DNA from: Cyanophora paradoxa CCMP329
Taxonomy: Eukaryota > Plantae > Glaucophyta
Assembly: GCA_004431415.1 (NCBI GenBank)
Contig: QPMI01000166.1
Span: 1-64,000, forward strand
Reading direction: 5' to 3'
Length of the DNA: 64,000 nt
Below are positions 15,956 to 32,917 of the stretch, in pieces (the first letter of the stretch is position 1; each line of letters starts with the position of its first letter). The notes under the pieces were generated by a model. It did not search any database and was not told where the DNA came from. It was given only the letters and a program-made list of their open reading frames with translations. A program made the translations under genes and the position numbers.

Positions 15956-17294
15956 TCAGTCCTCTCTCCTCTCGCTCTCGAAGGTCGGCGCGCTCGCCTC
16001 GATCTCCTTCACGAACTGCAGGGGAGGGGGATGAGCCACCGGAGGTGTACAGCGGCACGGGTGGGGGCCGGGCCTTGGCGATCTCGCCGGCGCCGATGCA
16101 GACCGCGTTGCCCACGACGGCCTTCAGCTCCTCGGGCGCCTGCCGCGAGCTTAACTCGACCGGGAACGGGCGCCGCGGGGATTCGAGCCCACCGATTCCT
16201 TGACGCCGGAGACGAGCCCCTCGACCATGCCCACCACCTTCCCGCCGTGCACCACCTGCGGCGAAGGCGTGTGGGGCGGAGAGGAGGGGCCGGGCTGGCG
16301 GGGGTAGACAGGCGCACCGGCCCGCCGCACATGCCCATCTCGAGCTCGCCGCCCTTGGTGGAGCCGAAAAACCGCGAGCCAGCCCAGCGCGTGAGCTGCC
16401 GGCGGCGTCGGGGCCGGCGCGCCGGGGCCGAGGGCGGGGCGGGCGGGGGCGCACGCGGCCGGCGGTGCTGTAAGGGATGAGGAACTCCTCGCCGTCCTGT
16501 GGGTCCTTGAAGAAGTTGTGCCCCACGTACTCCAGCGCCTGCGCCGGCGTGAGGCCCCCGCACGCATCCCGCAGGCGCGGGGCGCGGCGCACGGCGTCGG
16601 GGGGCGGGGCGTCGGCGGCGAGCTCGAGCGGGGCGGGGCCGATGTCGACCTCGTCCATGTCCTCCTCGAACCGCGCCTCGTCCTCGATGTGCAGCACCAC
16701 GAGGTCCAGCGTCGGGTGCCGGAACGCGCGCGGCCCCAGCCGCGCCGACTTGATCGGCACCCCCGACTCGCTCTGCGCGCCCGGCTCGGCCGGCGGCGGT
16801 TGCAGCCCCGATGCGCGAGCGCGGCGCGTCAGGCACCGCTCGGATGTCGATGTGGTACATCGTCGCGTCCTCGCGGACGAAGTGCAGGAAGGCGTGCCGG
16901 TCGTCGGCGTACAGGTGCGTGAACAGGAACGGGTGCGTGACGTGCGCTGTGCCTACGACGTGATACTTCTTCCCGAATCCCGGCCGAGCCCGCAGGAGGA
17001 AGGCTGACGAGCTGCCGGCCGCGCGCAAGGAGTGAGAGCTCGAGCGGCGGATCGGCTCGCGCGCGCCGCGCACCGCGAGAGCGGGTCCCAGCCCTCCATG
17101 CCCTGTTCCGGCAGGTAGAAGAACGTGTTCAGTCCGAACGACGAGCCCCGCAGCAGCTGCGGCAAGTCCGGGATGATGCGGCCCTCCTTGGCCTCGGACG
17201 ACATCGTTCGCACGCCGCAAGCGCGCGCCGGCGTCGCCCTATGCAGCGCCGCGACCGCGGCCGCCCGCGCTAGGCCCCGCGAGAGTCGCAGCAT
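15956..17294 (-). CDS. Chymotrypsin/trypsin-fold (PA clan) peptidase-like protein with Cys at the nucleophile position; probable mitochondrial presequence
   Basis: SSAFLL, VVGTAHVTHP (His), HPTLDLVVL (Asp), GMCGGPVV..VVGMVEG (nucleophile elbow). N-terminus MLRLSRGLARAAAVAALHRATPARACGVRTMSS is Arg-rich and acid-free. Confidence 0.72.
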
Positions 17295-17535
17295 CTGCCC
17301 GGAAACAGGCCCCTGCCGGAGCCGATCGCTCACTTGCCGAGTCGGACAGAGCGTCTTGCCCAGATAGCCAGGAAAGCGCACGGGCAGCCGCACCAACAGC
17401 TCTTTCGCACCGACTGCGCACGGACGGCGCACTGCCTCGCCGTCATCCACGACCGCGCGGGCGGACCGCGCCCGTGAGCCCGACAGCGTTGCACCATCGG
17501 CGCCGAAACCACCGTAGCGTCGTGCCGGCGGCTCG

Positions 17536-18261
17536 ATGGAGGAGGAGCAGGGCGAGAGCTTCTCCATCAACGTGCCCGATGATGTGCGCTTCCAGATGGA
17601 CCTGGAGTTCCTGCAGTGTCTTGCGAGCCCGGTGTACTTGCATCGTGCGCCGACCTCCCGACCGCCGCGCAGCCCGCAGCCCGCCGCATCAGAGTGCCGC
17701 TCACCGCTCCGACAGACCTCGCAATCAATCGCTACCTGGACGACGAGGCGTTCCTCGAGTATCTGAAGTACCTCTCGTACTTCCGGAGGCCGGAGTACGC
17801 TCGCTACGTCGTGTGCGTGCCAGTGCCTGGCGGCGTGTTCTGCCACGCCCTCACCCTACACGCGTCTCGCATGCCCGCCCAGCTACCCGCACGCGCTGCA
17901 CTTTCTGGAGTTGCTTGGCGAGGAACGCTTCCGCAAGGAGCTCAAAAGGCCGGACTGCCAGGCGCGGCAGGCGCGGCAGCCCCCCGCCCCCGCACCGCTC
18001 ATGCCCGCGCCGCAGGACTTCATCCACCGCCAGCAGTTCTTCCACTGGGCGCGCTACCGGGAGAACCGGATCAAGGAGGCGCTCGAGGCGCGTCCCAAGG
18101 AGGAGCCAAAACCCGATCCAGCCTCGCCGCCCCCACCCTCGCCCCCCATGCCGGTCGCCGCTCCGGCGCCGGTCGCGCAGCCCGTGAACAAGCCCGCCGT
18201 CCCGCTGCCGAGGGCAGCAGGCTCGGGGAAGCCTGCAGGCAACACTGGCAAGGTCCCATAG
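17536..18261 (+). CDS. MED31: Mediator subunit 31 (SOH1)
   Basis: RFQMDLEFLQCLASPVYLHHLAINRYLDDEAFLEYLKYLSYFRRPEYARYVVYPHALHFLELL...FRKEL; 3 introns. Confidence 0.96.
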
Positions 18262-18867
18262 GCGCCCGCCCCGGTACCGTTACCGGTGCTGCTTTTATTA
18301 GTTGTCGCCTCGCTGAGTTCGAGGTACCATGGCATGGTGGTTGCTCATCGGCTTGATAGCTGAAAGTGTAAAGCCCAGCTTTCATGATCAGTTACTGCGT
18401 TGACGTCCAGCCCCGTCGCGCGACCCAGATCCGACACACTGGGCTTATGTCGGTGCCGGCGCCACGTGCACATGCACTGCAGCTGCAGCTGCGGTAGATC
18501 TGGATCTAGATCTAGATCGCGCGCGCGGCCGGGCCGCGCGCGCGCGTAAGCGTCCCCGCCGGGCCCCATGCATGCTGCAGCTAGTGCATGCGCGCTCTAT
18601 TCGGCGCGGAGCTGGCTGCAGCGCCTCGGCTCGTCGAGTCGATCAAGCTCGCCGCGCGCGGGCCGAGCTCGAGCTCGCGGTCAATAGCACGCCGCGGCGT
18701 CCCTTAGGTCCATTGAGGGACAGGGGGGGCAAGGCGCCGGGTACGCAATAAAGAACACCGCAGCTTGCAGACAGGCGCCGAAGCAAGCAGCCTTCGCCAC
18801 AGCCCGCTGCGCCACAGGCTGAGCAGCTGGACTGCATCGCCGCGGCGGCCGAGGGCCGCTTGGCGAG

Positions 18868-25212
<6,345 letters not shown>

Positions 25213-26072
25213 GCGGCCCCGCCGGCACAGCGCAGGAGCGAGCCCCCGGCGACTGCACACTTTGTAACCCGTTGCGTCTGCGACGGCCATGGCCATGTGC
25301 CGGAGCTCAGCGACTCCTATGCGTTTTTCTCTCCTGTACTTTCGTATCGCTACATTATCGATATTCTCACTACTGTATCAATATTTTAAAATCACTTTCT
25401 AGTGCGATTTCAGCACTGCACCTATCTAGTTTTTCGTAGCATGTCGCAGCCAGTTCTAATTCTAGTGGCCACGTTCTCGGTACGTCGGGCCCTTATTGAT
25501 GCGTGATTGATGTGGTTTACTAGTTATAGATTTTAGGGAATGCATCCGACAGTTCTTTGCATTTCTGATGAAGTCGAAGACATGATGTATTGATCGTCGG
25601 AGCTCCAGCATTAGCGCTAGCCTGGCGGCCTCAAGCATGTGCGCTGCAGCTGCAAGCCTGCAACTGCGCATGCAGCCTGCAGCCGTGCACGTCACGGCGT
25701 GACTCGTGACGTGAGCTTGATCATGATCATGAGTACTCATACATGCGCATGCACGTCTACGTCGACGTCAAGCGCTATAGCTAGCGGTCTCGAGCTCTGT
25801 CGACGTCGACGTCGGCGCGAGCATCGAGCTCGAGATGAACTTCGGAATTGTGAGGAACCGATGCGCCGCGGCGCCCGGCCCGCGGCGGCCGATTGCGGGG
25901 GATTGCGGGGGGGTATTGCGTATACGTGGAGCTGGTGGCAGCTGCGGTGCCGCTGCACGCGCATACGTATACCGTATACGTATTGCGTACGCGTACATAT
26001 ACGAGCTGTACTTGTTTATAATTAGCTAGCAAGCTTGGAAACACTCGTCAACTCAAACGCCGCGCGGTTCTC

Positions 26073-26908
26073 ATGGGCGACTTCGGCGACCTGGTAGAAC
26101 TCTTCGAGGAAGCTTGGAGAACCATTCAGACGGAGGCGCCAAAGCGCTTTTCGAGGACGGCGCTAGCTCGAGAGTGGCCATCGAACACCGCTTCGTTGCC
26201 CATGTGCTTGGCGCTCGTCGTTGGGATCGGCAACATGGGCGGGCTGGTGCGCACCGGCTCACCGCCGCTCACGCGGGGCGGGCCGCGAGCCTTCTGCCAG
26301 GCTGACATCAGCGTAGGCGGCGCTAAGGGCGGCGTGGCGCAAGAGCCCGCCGTGGGCGACGATCCTGCTGGCGCTGCGGCTTCCTGTGCAGATTCTGCAG
26401 GCCCTCGCGCTGTTCGTGATGCAGTCCAAGGGCTCGGCGGGGGCTGCCGTGACGACGACCGCGTGCAACGCGCTCTTCGGCCTGCAGCTGGTTGCCTCGT
26501 CCTTGTGGGCGAGCTGCCTCTTCTCCTGGGTGAGCTGCTCGTCGCGAGGCCCCGCCCGCCCGTCCCGCGCCGACCTTCGAGTGCAGGACGCGAGCCTCAT
26601 CGCTGCAGGATTCGCGGCTCTCTACATTTTAACAGCGATGGGCTGCACGCTTATCTTTGCAGCGGTACGCAATGTCGACGGGCGCCCCGCCTCGCTCGCC
26701 GCGCAACCGCCGCGCCCGGCCTCACGTCGCGCGCCGCGGCGCCCGTGCGCAGACGTCTCCGCTGGCGGCGGTGCTGATGATGCCGACGCCCATCTGGGCG
26801 GCGATGGCCTGCTGTGCGAACGCCGTGCTACTAAACCTCGGCCCGCCCCCTACCCACGAGGAGAAGCAGGAGGTCGAGAAGGCGATACGAACGAAGAAGC
26901 AGAAGTAG
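26073..26908 (+). CDS. Divergent TspO/MBR (TSPO)-like five-TM protein
   Basis: Spliced translation ...LALVVGIGNMGG...WRKSPPW...ALFGLQLVASSLWASCLF...SPLAAVLMMPTPIWAAMACCAN follows the TSPO pattern (PPW; LF..QL....W; AA.L..P...W......N). Needs one indel correction near 26315. Confidence 0.55.
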
Positions 26909-26957
26909 TGGGAGAGAAATCGCAAGGGATCGCACGGAGGGCGGCGTGTGCGGGGCG

Positions 26958-29900
26958 CTACGCGAAGGGCTCTAGGGCGGGGAGGAGGGAGCGGGCGGCC
27001 TGCCCCGCGCGCCCCGACTTCTCCGCGAGCCTCTGCACCGCCGGCTTCAGCGCCACCAGCGCGTCGTAGCACGCCCGGCACTTCTGCTGCCTGCCGCGGG
27101 CGTCGGCCCGAGAGCGGGGGCCGCCGGTGCCCGGCCCCGCACCTCTCCTCCGCGACCAGGTCGACACCGACCGAGAAGCGCGAGCCGACGGAGTCGAGGA
27201 TGCGCTGCCGGGGCCGTGAGGGGGAGGGGCGGGGGAGGGGCGCGGGGCGGCGGGCCTGGGAGAAGGCGCGCGTGACGAGGGCGACCATCTCGAGCGCCTT
27301 GGACCAGTAGGTCTGGGGGCACCGGCGCCGGTGAGGGGCGGGGAGGGGGGGGGAGGGGGCGCGCGCGGACCTCGTACTTGGAGCCGAGGAGGTCGCGGAG
27401 GGCGGGCAGGAGCAGCCGCGCCACGTCGAGGTCGAGGGCGGCCGGCCTACGGCGCGCCGCACCGCCGGTCGGGCTCGGTGCAGGGCGGGCGGGGCGGGGC
27501 GCACCGCTGGACGAGGACGGCGACGACGTCGGCGGTGACGGGGGGCTCGGAGATGCGCGCCACCATCTCCGCGCACGCCCGCGCCCCGCCCTGCGCCCAC
27601 TGCTGCCGCACCAGCTGCCCGGCGCGAGCGCGCGCGTCGGCGGGGCGCGGAGGGGCGGGCGGGGCGGGCGGGCGGGGCAGGGGGTCGGACGCGGAGCTGG
27701 GAGGCGCGGGCGCGCATGATGCCGACCCAGTCGCCGTGCTTCTCCAGCAGCGCCGCCATCACCGCCTGGTCGTTCCCCGGCACCTGCGGGCGCGCACGGG
27801 CCTCAGCGCCCCGCGGAGGCGATCGATCCAGAGCGAGGCGGGCGCGGGGCGCGCCAGCATGGCGTCGCTCCCCGCGGGGGCCATGTGGCGCTGCCGGGGG
27901 CGCGCGTGAGCGGGATGCGGGCGGGGCTCGGGGGCGCGGGGCGCCGGCCTCGCACCGGGCGAAGGCGGCGATGTCGAGGCCGACGGGGCCCGCCGGCACC
28001 TCCGGCACGTACGAGTGCGCCTCCGGCCGCGCCCGCGGGTCGAGCCCCGCCCGCACCGACGGCCCCGCCCCGCCGCCTGGGCCGGCGCCGCCGACTGGAC
28101 GGGAAGGGAGGGGGCGGGCGGGGACGGGCAGCGGGGGAGGGCGGAGGAGGACGGGGGGACGAGGCGGGGGAGCCCCGTGGTGGGCGGGGCGCAGGGCATC
28201 GGAGGGGCCGGCGGCGGCTCCCGCGCTGCGCGGCGGCTCTCCTGCCGGCGAGGGTCAGGGCGGCGGGCGGGCGGGGCGGGCGGGAGCTGCGGCGCACCGC
28301 CGCGGCGAGGGAGTCGCCCATCTGAGTGCCGACGGAGGCGCGTGGCTGGGCCGGGGCGTGGCCGGCCGGCGCTCGGCGGCGCCGGGGCGGGGGGAAGGCG
28401 GAGCCGAAGGGGCCCCGGGGGAGGAGGAGGAGGCGGAGCTCTGCCGGGGCAGGGCGACGACGTTCGAGGCGGGCGGGGCGGCGGAGGCGGCGGAGGCGGC
28501 GGCGCGGCCCGAGGCGGAGCGGGGCGGGGCCGAGGGGCGGGGGGCGTCGGCGGCGGGCCGGAGCTGGTGCGGGGCGGGCGGGCGCGGTCGGGGTCGATGT
28601 GGCGGCGGGGCCGGGGCTCTTGGAGCGGAGGGCGAGGGGCGGGGCCCCGGGGCGGCGGAGGAGGGCGGGGAGGCCTGCGGGGCCAGCGGCGCGGCCCGCA
28701 GAAGGTCCGCCAGGTCGTCCGGCTCTGCGGGGGCCGTCAGGGCGGGGAAGGGCGCGGGGGTTCGGCGGGGCGGCGCGCCTGGGGAGTCGGAGGGGACGGA
28801 GGCGGCGTGCACGGGCCCCCGGGGCGCCGTGTTGGGCCGGTGCGTCGTCGGCGGCCTGTAGTCCGCCGCGCTGCAGAACGGGCGCACGAGCTGCGGGGGA
28901 CAGGGTTGGGGCCGGCGCGGGAGCGCGCGGTGCGGGCGGGGGGCGGGGGGGTGCCCACCCGCATGTCGACGAGGTAGAGCTGGACGAAGGAGGAGCTGAC
29001 GAGCGCCGCCACCAGCTGCCGGCCCGGCGTCGGCGGCGGCGGCGCGCGGGGGCGGGGGCGGCGCGTGGGGGCGGGGGCACCTGGTCGTGCATGAAGGTCC
29101 AGTCGGCGAGGGTCTTGAGGGAGAGGTCGATGGCGTCGTAGCAGTAGACGGGCTCCCACGCCCACACGCGCAGCGCCTCGTGCGAGGCCGCCACGACGAC
29201 CTTGCCGTCCGGCGTGAAGCTCGCCGCCCTGATCCCCGTCTCCGCCTCCGTCGTGCTCGACACGCACGCGAAAGTCTCCACGTCCCAGAACTTCACCGTC
29301 CGGTCCATCGAGCCCGTCACCAGCAGGAACTGCCGCCCCCGCCCCCGCCGGCTCGCGCGGGGGGAGGAAAGGAAAGGAGAGGAGAGGAAAGGAGCGGGGC
29401 ACCTCGCTGGGGTGGAAGTCGACGGACGTGATGGAACCCGTGTGCGTCGCGAAGTCTTTCAGCAGCTTCCCCGCGGTCAGGTCCCACACCTGCCGTCCGG
29501 GTTCGCGGCGGGGGTGGCGGGGCGCGCGGGGCGGGGCCGGCGGGCCTTCACGAGGCCGTCGTCGCCCCCCGAGACGACCCAGCGCCCGTCCGGGCTGAAT
29601 TTGATCTTTGTTATCGCCTTCGTGTGGCCCTTGTACGTCTGCGGCAGCGCGGGTGACGGGGGGCGCGCGGGCGGTGGCGGCGCGGGCGCACCGCGACGGC
29701 GCCCTTCTGCCGCACGTCCCAAATCTTCAGATTCGTGTCCAGGGAGCCCGAGCCGAAGTACTGCCCGTACGGGTGGAACTCCACGGCCGTGCAGTTCGTC
29801 AGGTGGCCCCGCATCGTCTTCGAGGCTGCGGCCCAGCGGCGTCGGTCCCAGTGGCGAGCGCGAGGCGGGAACTTCGCACCGCGTTGGGTCTCAAGGTCCC

Positions 29901-30292
29901 AGAGCATCAGCGTCCCGCCCGAGGACCCCGCAACGACGTTGAGCTCCTCGGGGTCGAAGGTGCAGCATTCCGCGGAAGTCTTGTGGCCCAGCAGGCTCTG
30001 CGTCGGGCGTCGGCGGTCAGGGAGTAGCTAAGCACGGCGGCGCGGGAGACGCCTCGAACGCACAGCCATCGGGGCGCCGGGCCTGTTCGCCATCCAGATG
30101 TTCACTTTCCGGTCCTCCCCGCCCGTGGCGAAGAGACCCGATCCTTTTCGCCCAAACTCTAGGCATCGGGTGTTTCCAGCGTGCGCGTTGAACTCCTCTG
30201 AGCGAGGCGCGGATCAGACAGGTTGAGCGCTTCAGACGAGCGTTGAGGCAGCGGCGGGCAAAGCGCGTACGGTACTTGCGGGCACGCTTCAT
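26958..30292 (-). CDS. KATNB1: Katanin p80 WD40 subunit B1
   Basis: [92 protein letters not shown]; Pro-rich linker; C-terminal con80-like region (LLPALRDLLGSKYE, GVDLVAEER..KCRAC). Confidence 0.95.
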
Positions 30293-30520
30293 CGCCGACT
30301 GACCGGCTCCGTGCCGCGCTCACGCTGCTGGCTTGGCGCGCAAGGTTGATCGACGGCCGGGAAGCGTCCAGCTGGATCCGCAGCTAGCTTCAGGAGATAA
30401 ATAAGCTACGCTGTAACAGCGTGGTACTGTGATGACGCTGGTATTGAAGGCTTGCTCAAATTTGCCGTACCCACGCAACTTCAGCCATTGCCGACGTCCA
30501 ACTCGGGCCGGCGACGTGGG

Positions 30521-32291
30521 ATGGAAAGCGAGCTCGCACAGGACGCCCTCAGGGTGTTGCGGGCTTGCGACTGTGCGCCGACCCACCCCTGACAGCGCCT
30601 GCCGCTGCTAAGCACGACCGGCCGCAGTCTTCCCGAAGGTGCAGGATGAGTTCAAGTCGAAGACCTCGCACGGAGGCGGCATCACGCTCGTCTGCGCGTT
30701 CTTCATTGTCGTGCTGATGCTCGGCGAGACCTACCAGTATGCGAAGCCGACCATCAAGCACCAGATGTTCGTCGACACGACGCACTCGGAGAGGATTCGC
30801 ATCGTGCGCGCTGTCGCCTCGCGTGCGCTGGGCGCCGCCGACGCCGCCGCAGAACGTGAACATCACGTTCCCTAAGCTCCCCTGCGGCTTCCTGTCCCTT
30901 GACACGCTGGATGCTTCGGGAGAACACCAATTAAACGTAGTAAAAAACTTCGAAAAGCAGCGAATAGACAAGAACGGGCGGTTCCTAGTCGGCCCGGAGA
31001 AGGACATCAATCAGCTCGTCCGCGACATGCCGCGCAGCAACGCGCTCGCGGCGCTCAGCCAGCGGCTGCGGATCAGCCTGGACGGCACTTTTGAGGACAA
31101 CATCCCGGAGAAGAAGGACGACGACCCCGCCAAGCGGGAGCGCGCGGCGAAGGAGGTCGACGAGTACATGTCCGAGGGCTGCATCATGTCGGGTGCGCGG
31201 CGGCGGCCGCGGGCGACCTCCTGAGGATGCGCAGCTAACGGGATCGCGCGCAGGCTTCCTGCTCGCGCAGAAGGTCGCGGGCAACTTCCACTTCTCGCTG
31301 CACGGGACCTCCCACCACGTCATCTCCTCCCTCTACACGTGCGCGCCGCTGCGCGGGGGACGCAACCGCCGCGCCCGACGCTGCCGAGCAGGGACAAGTA
31401 CACCGTCGACATCCGCCACAGGATCAACGAGCTCTCCTTCGGCCTGCCCGTCCCCGGTACCCGCCGGGCCCCCGCCGGCCTGGCCCCGCCCCGGCGAGCC
31501 CCCCGCAGGCTCGCACAACCCGCTCGACGGCGTCGAGAACGCGAACGAGGACGGGTCCGGCACCTTCCAGTATTACCTCAAGGCGCCCCGCCCCCCGCTC
31601 CCTCCCCCCCCCCCACACCCCCCTGCGCCGCGAGCTTGGGCTCACGGCGCCGGCCTCGCTCGCTCGCAGGTCGTCCCGACCGTGCTCGACAACAACGGCC
31701 TCCCCTACATCTCCAACCAGGTGCGCGGCGCCCGCCGGCGATGCATCCGGCCGGCGCGGCGCCCGCCGGCGATGCATCCGGCCGGCGCGGCGCCCCATCC
31801 GCCGGCGCTGACCCCCCGCCCGCCCCCAGTACTCGGTCACCGAGCACTTCAAGTCCATACGGGTGCGTGGGGGTCCGGGGCGTGCCCCCGGCCCCGGCGA
31901 TCTAACGAAGGGGCGCAGGAGGAGCACGCGGGCCACAAGCACTACTCGGCGGAGCTGCCGGCCGTCTACTTCATCTACGAGTTCTCGCCCGTCCGCCCGA
32001 CCCCCGCCTGGGGGGCCCCCCTCCCGCCCGGAGCCGCTCACGTGGACGAGGGCCGTAGATCATGGTCCGGGTGACGGAGGGCCGGGGCGCCTTCGGCCCC
32101 TTCCTGACCCGCCTGTGCGCCCTCGTCGGCGGCGTCTTCACCGTTGCCGGCCTCATCAACAACGGCGTGCATCAGGTTCGAACCGCCGACGGCTGCTTGC
32201 GTCCCTGAGCCTCGCTCCGGCCTCACATTCCCTTTGCCAGCTCGCGCAGGCGCTGAACGCCCGCAAGGGCATCATCGGCAAGCCGATGTAA
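30521..32291 (+). CDS. ERGIC3: ER-Golgi intermediate compartment protein (ERGIC3/Erv46 family)
   Basis: FPKVQDEF..KT.HGG.IT, NITFPKLPC..LSLD..D.SGEHQ, EGC...G....KVAGNFHF, NPLDG, FQYYLKVVPT, NQYSVTEH, LPAVYFIYEFSPIMV, FLTRLCALVGGVFTV; 10 introns. Confidence 0.93.
31723..31795. repeat. 31-bp tandem duplication (about 2.4 copies) inside an ERGIC3 intron
   Basis: GCGCGGCGCCCGCCGGCGATGCATCCGGCCG at 31723 and 31754, partial copy at 31785. Confidence 0.9.
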
Positions 32292-32428
32292 GACCACCTT
32301 TCTTTGATATGCGCCCCGCTCGGTAGCCCCTCGTAGCTTAATCTACGTAGGTAGGTAGTTCAGTTCTTGATTTTTTGCAGCGCCAGTTGCGTTCCAGTCT
32401 TCCAGATCGCTTTGATCATGCGCGCTCA

Positions 32429-32442
32429 TGGCACCGTGGCAC
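32429..32442 (+). promoter_or_regulatory. Recurrent intergenic motif TGRMACCGTGGCAC, copy 2
   Basis: TGGCACCGTGGCAC, preceded by TGATCATG at the same 20-bp offset as copy 1. Confidence 0.45.
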
Positions 32443-32917
32443 CTTTTCTATAGAGCGTGCGCACCGCCCAGCGCCCGCTCAGAGGCTCCGCACGTGCGGG
32501 CGGCACGAAGCGTTCATGATCAGGTATAACGCTCGCGCGTGTGGCTCCCAAAAGTTGCAATTGCGCGCCCGGCGGCCGGCGCACGAGGACCGCAATTGAA
32601 ATTAAAGCAGCAGCAGCGCTTATTCTCGAGTGCGGCGCCAGCTGCGCGCGTGCAAGCCACCTTGGCAAACTCAATCGAAGTAGGGGAAGCTGTTGTCAGC
32701 CGGGTACATGTTTCAGCGAGCAAGAAGCTCGGGCTAGCCAGAGGCTCCGGCAAGGTCAGCGCAACTTGTTTTGTAGCGCATCAGTGTCTCAGCTTCTGGT
32801 TGGCGCCTTCAGAAGAGCGCGGGATGCTCCAAAAAAAGTAGGCATCGCCCAGCAAGCACAAGCCGGCAGCAGCTTATCAGCCTGGAAGCCTGCGGCTCTT
32901 AGCACAGCTTGGAAACA

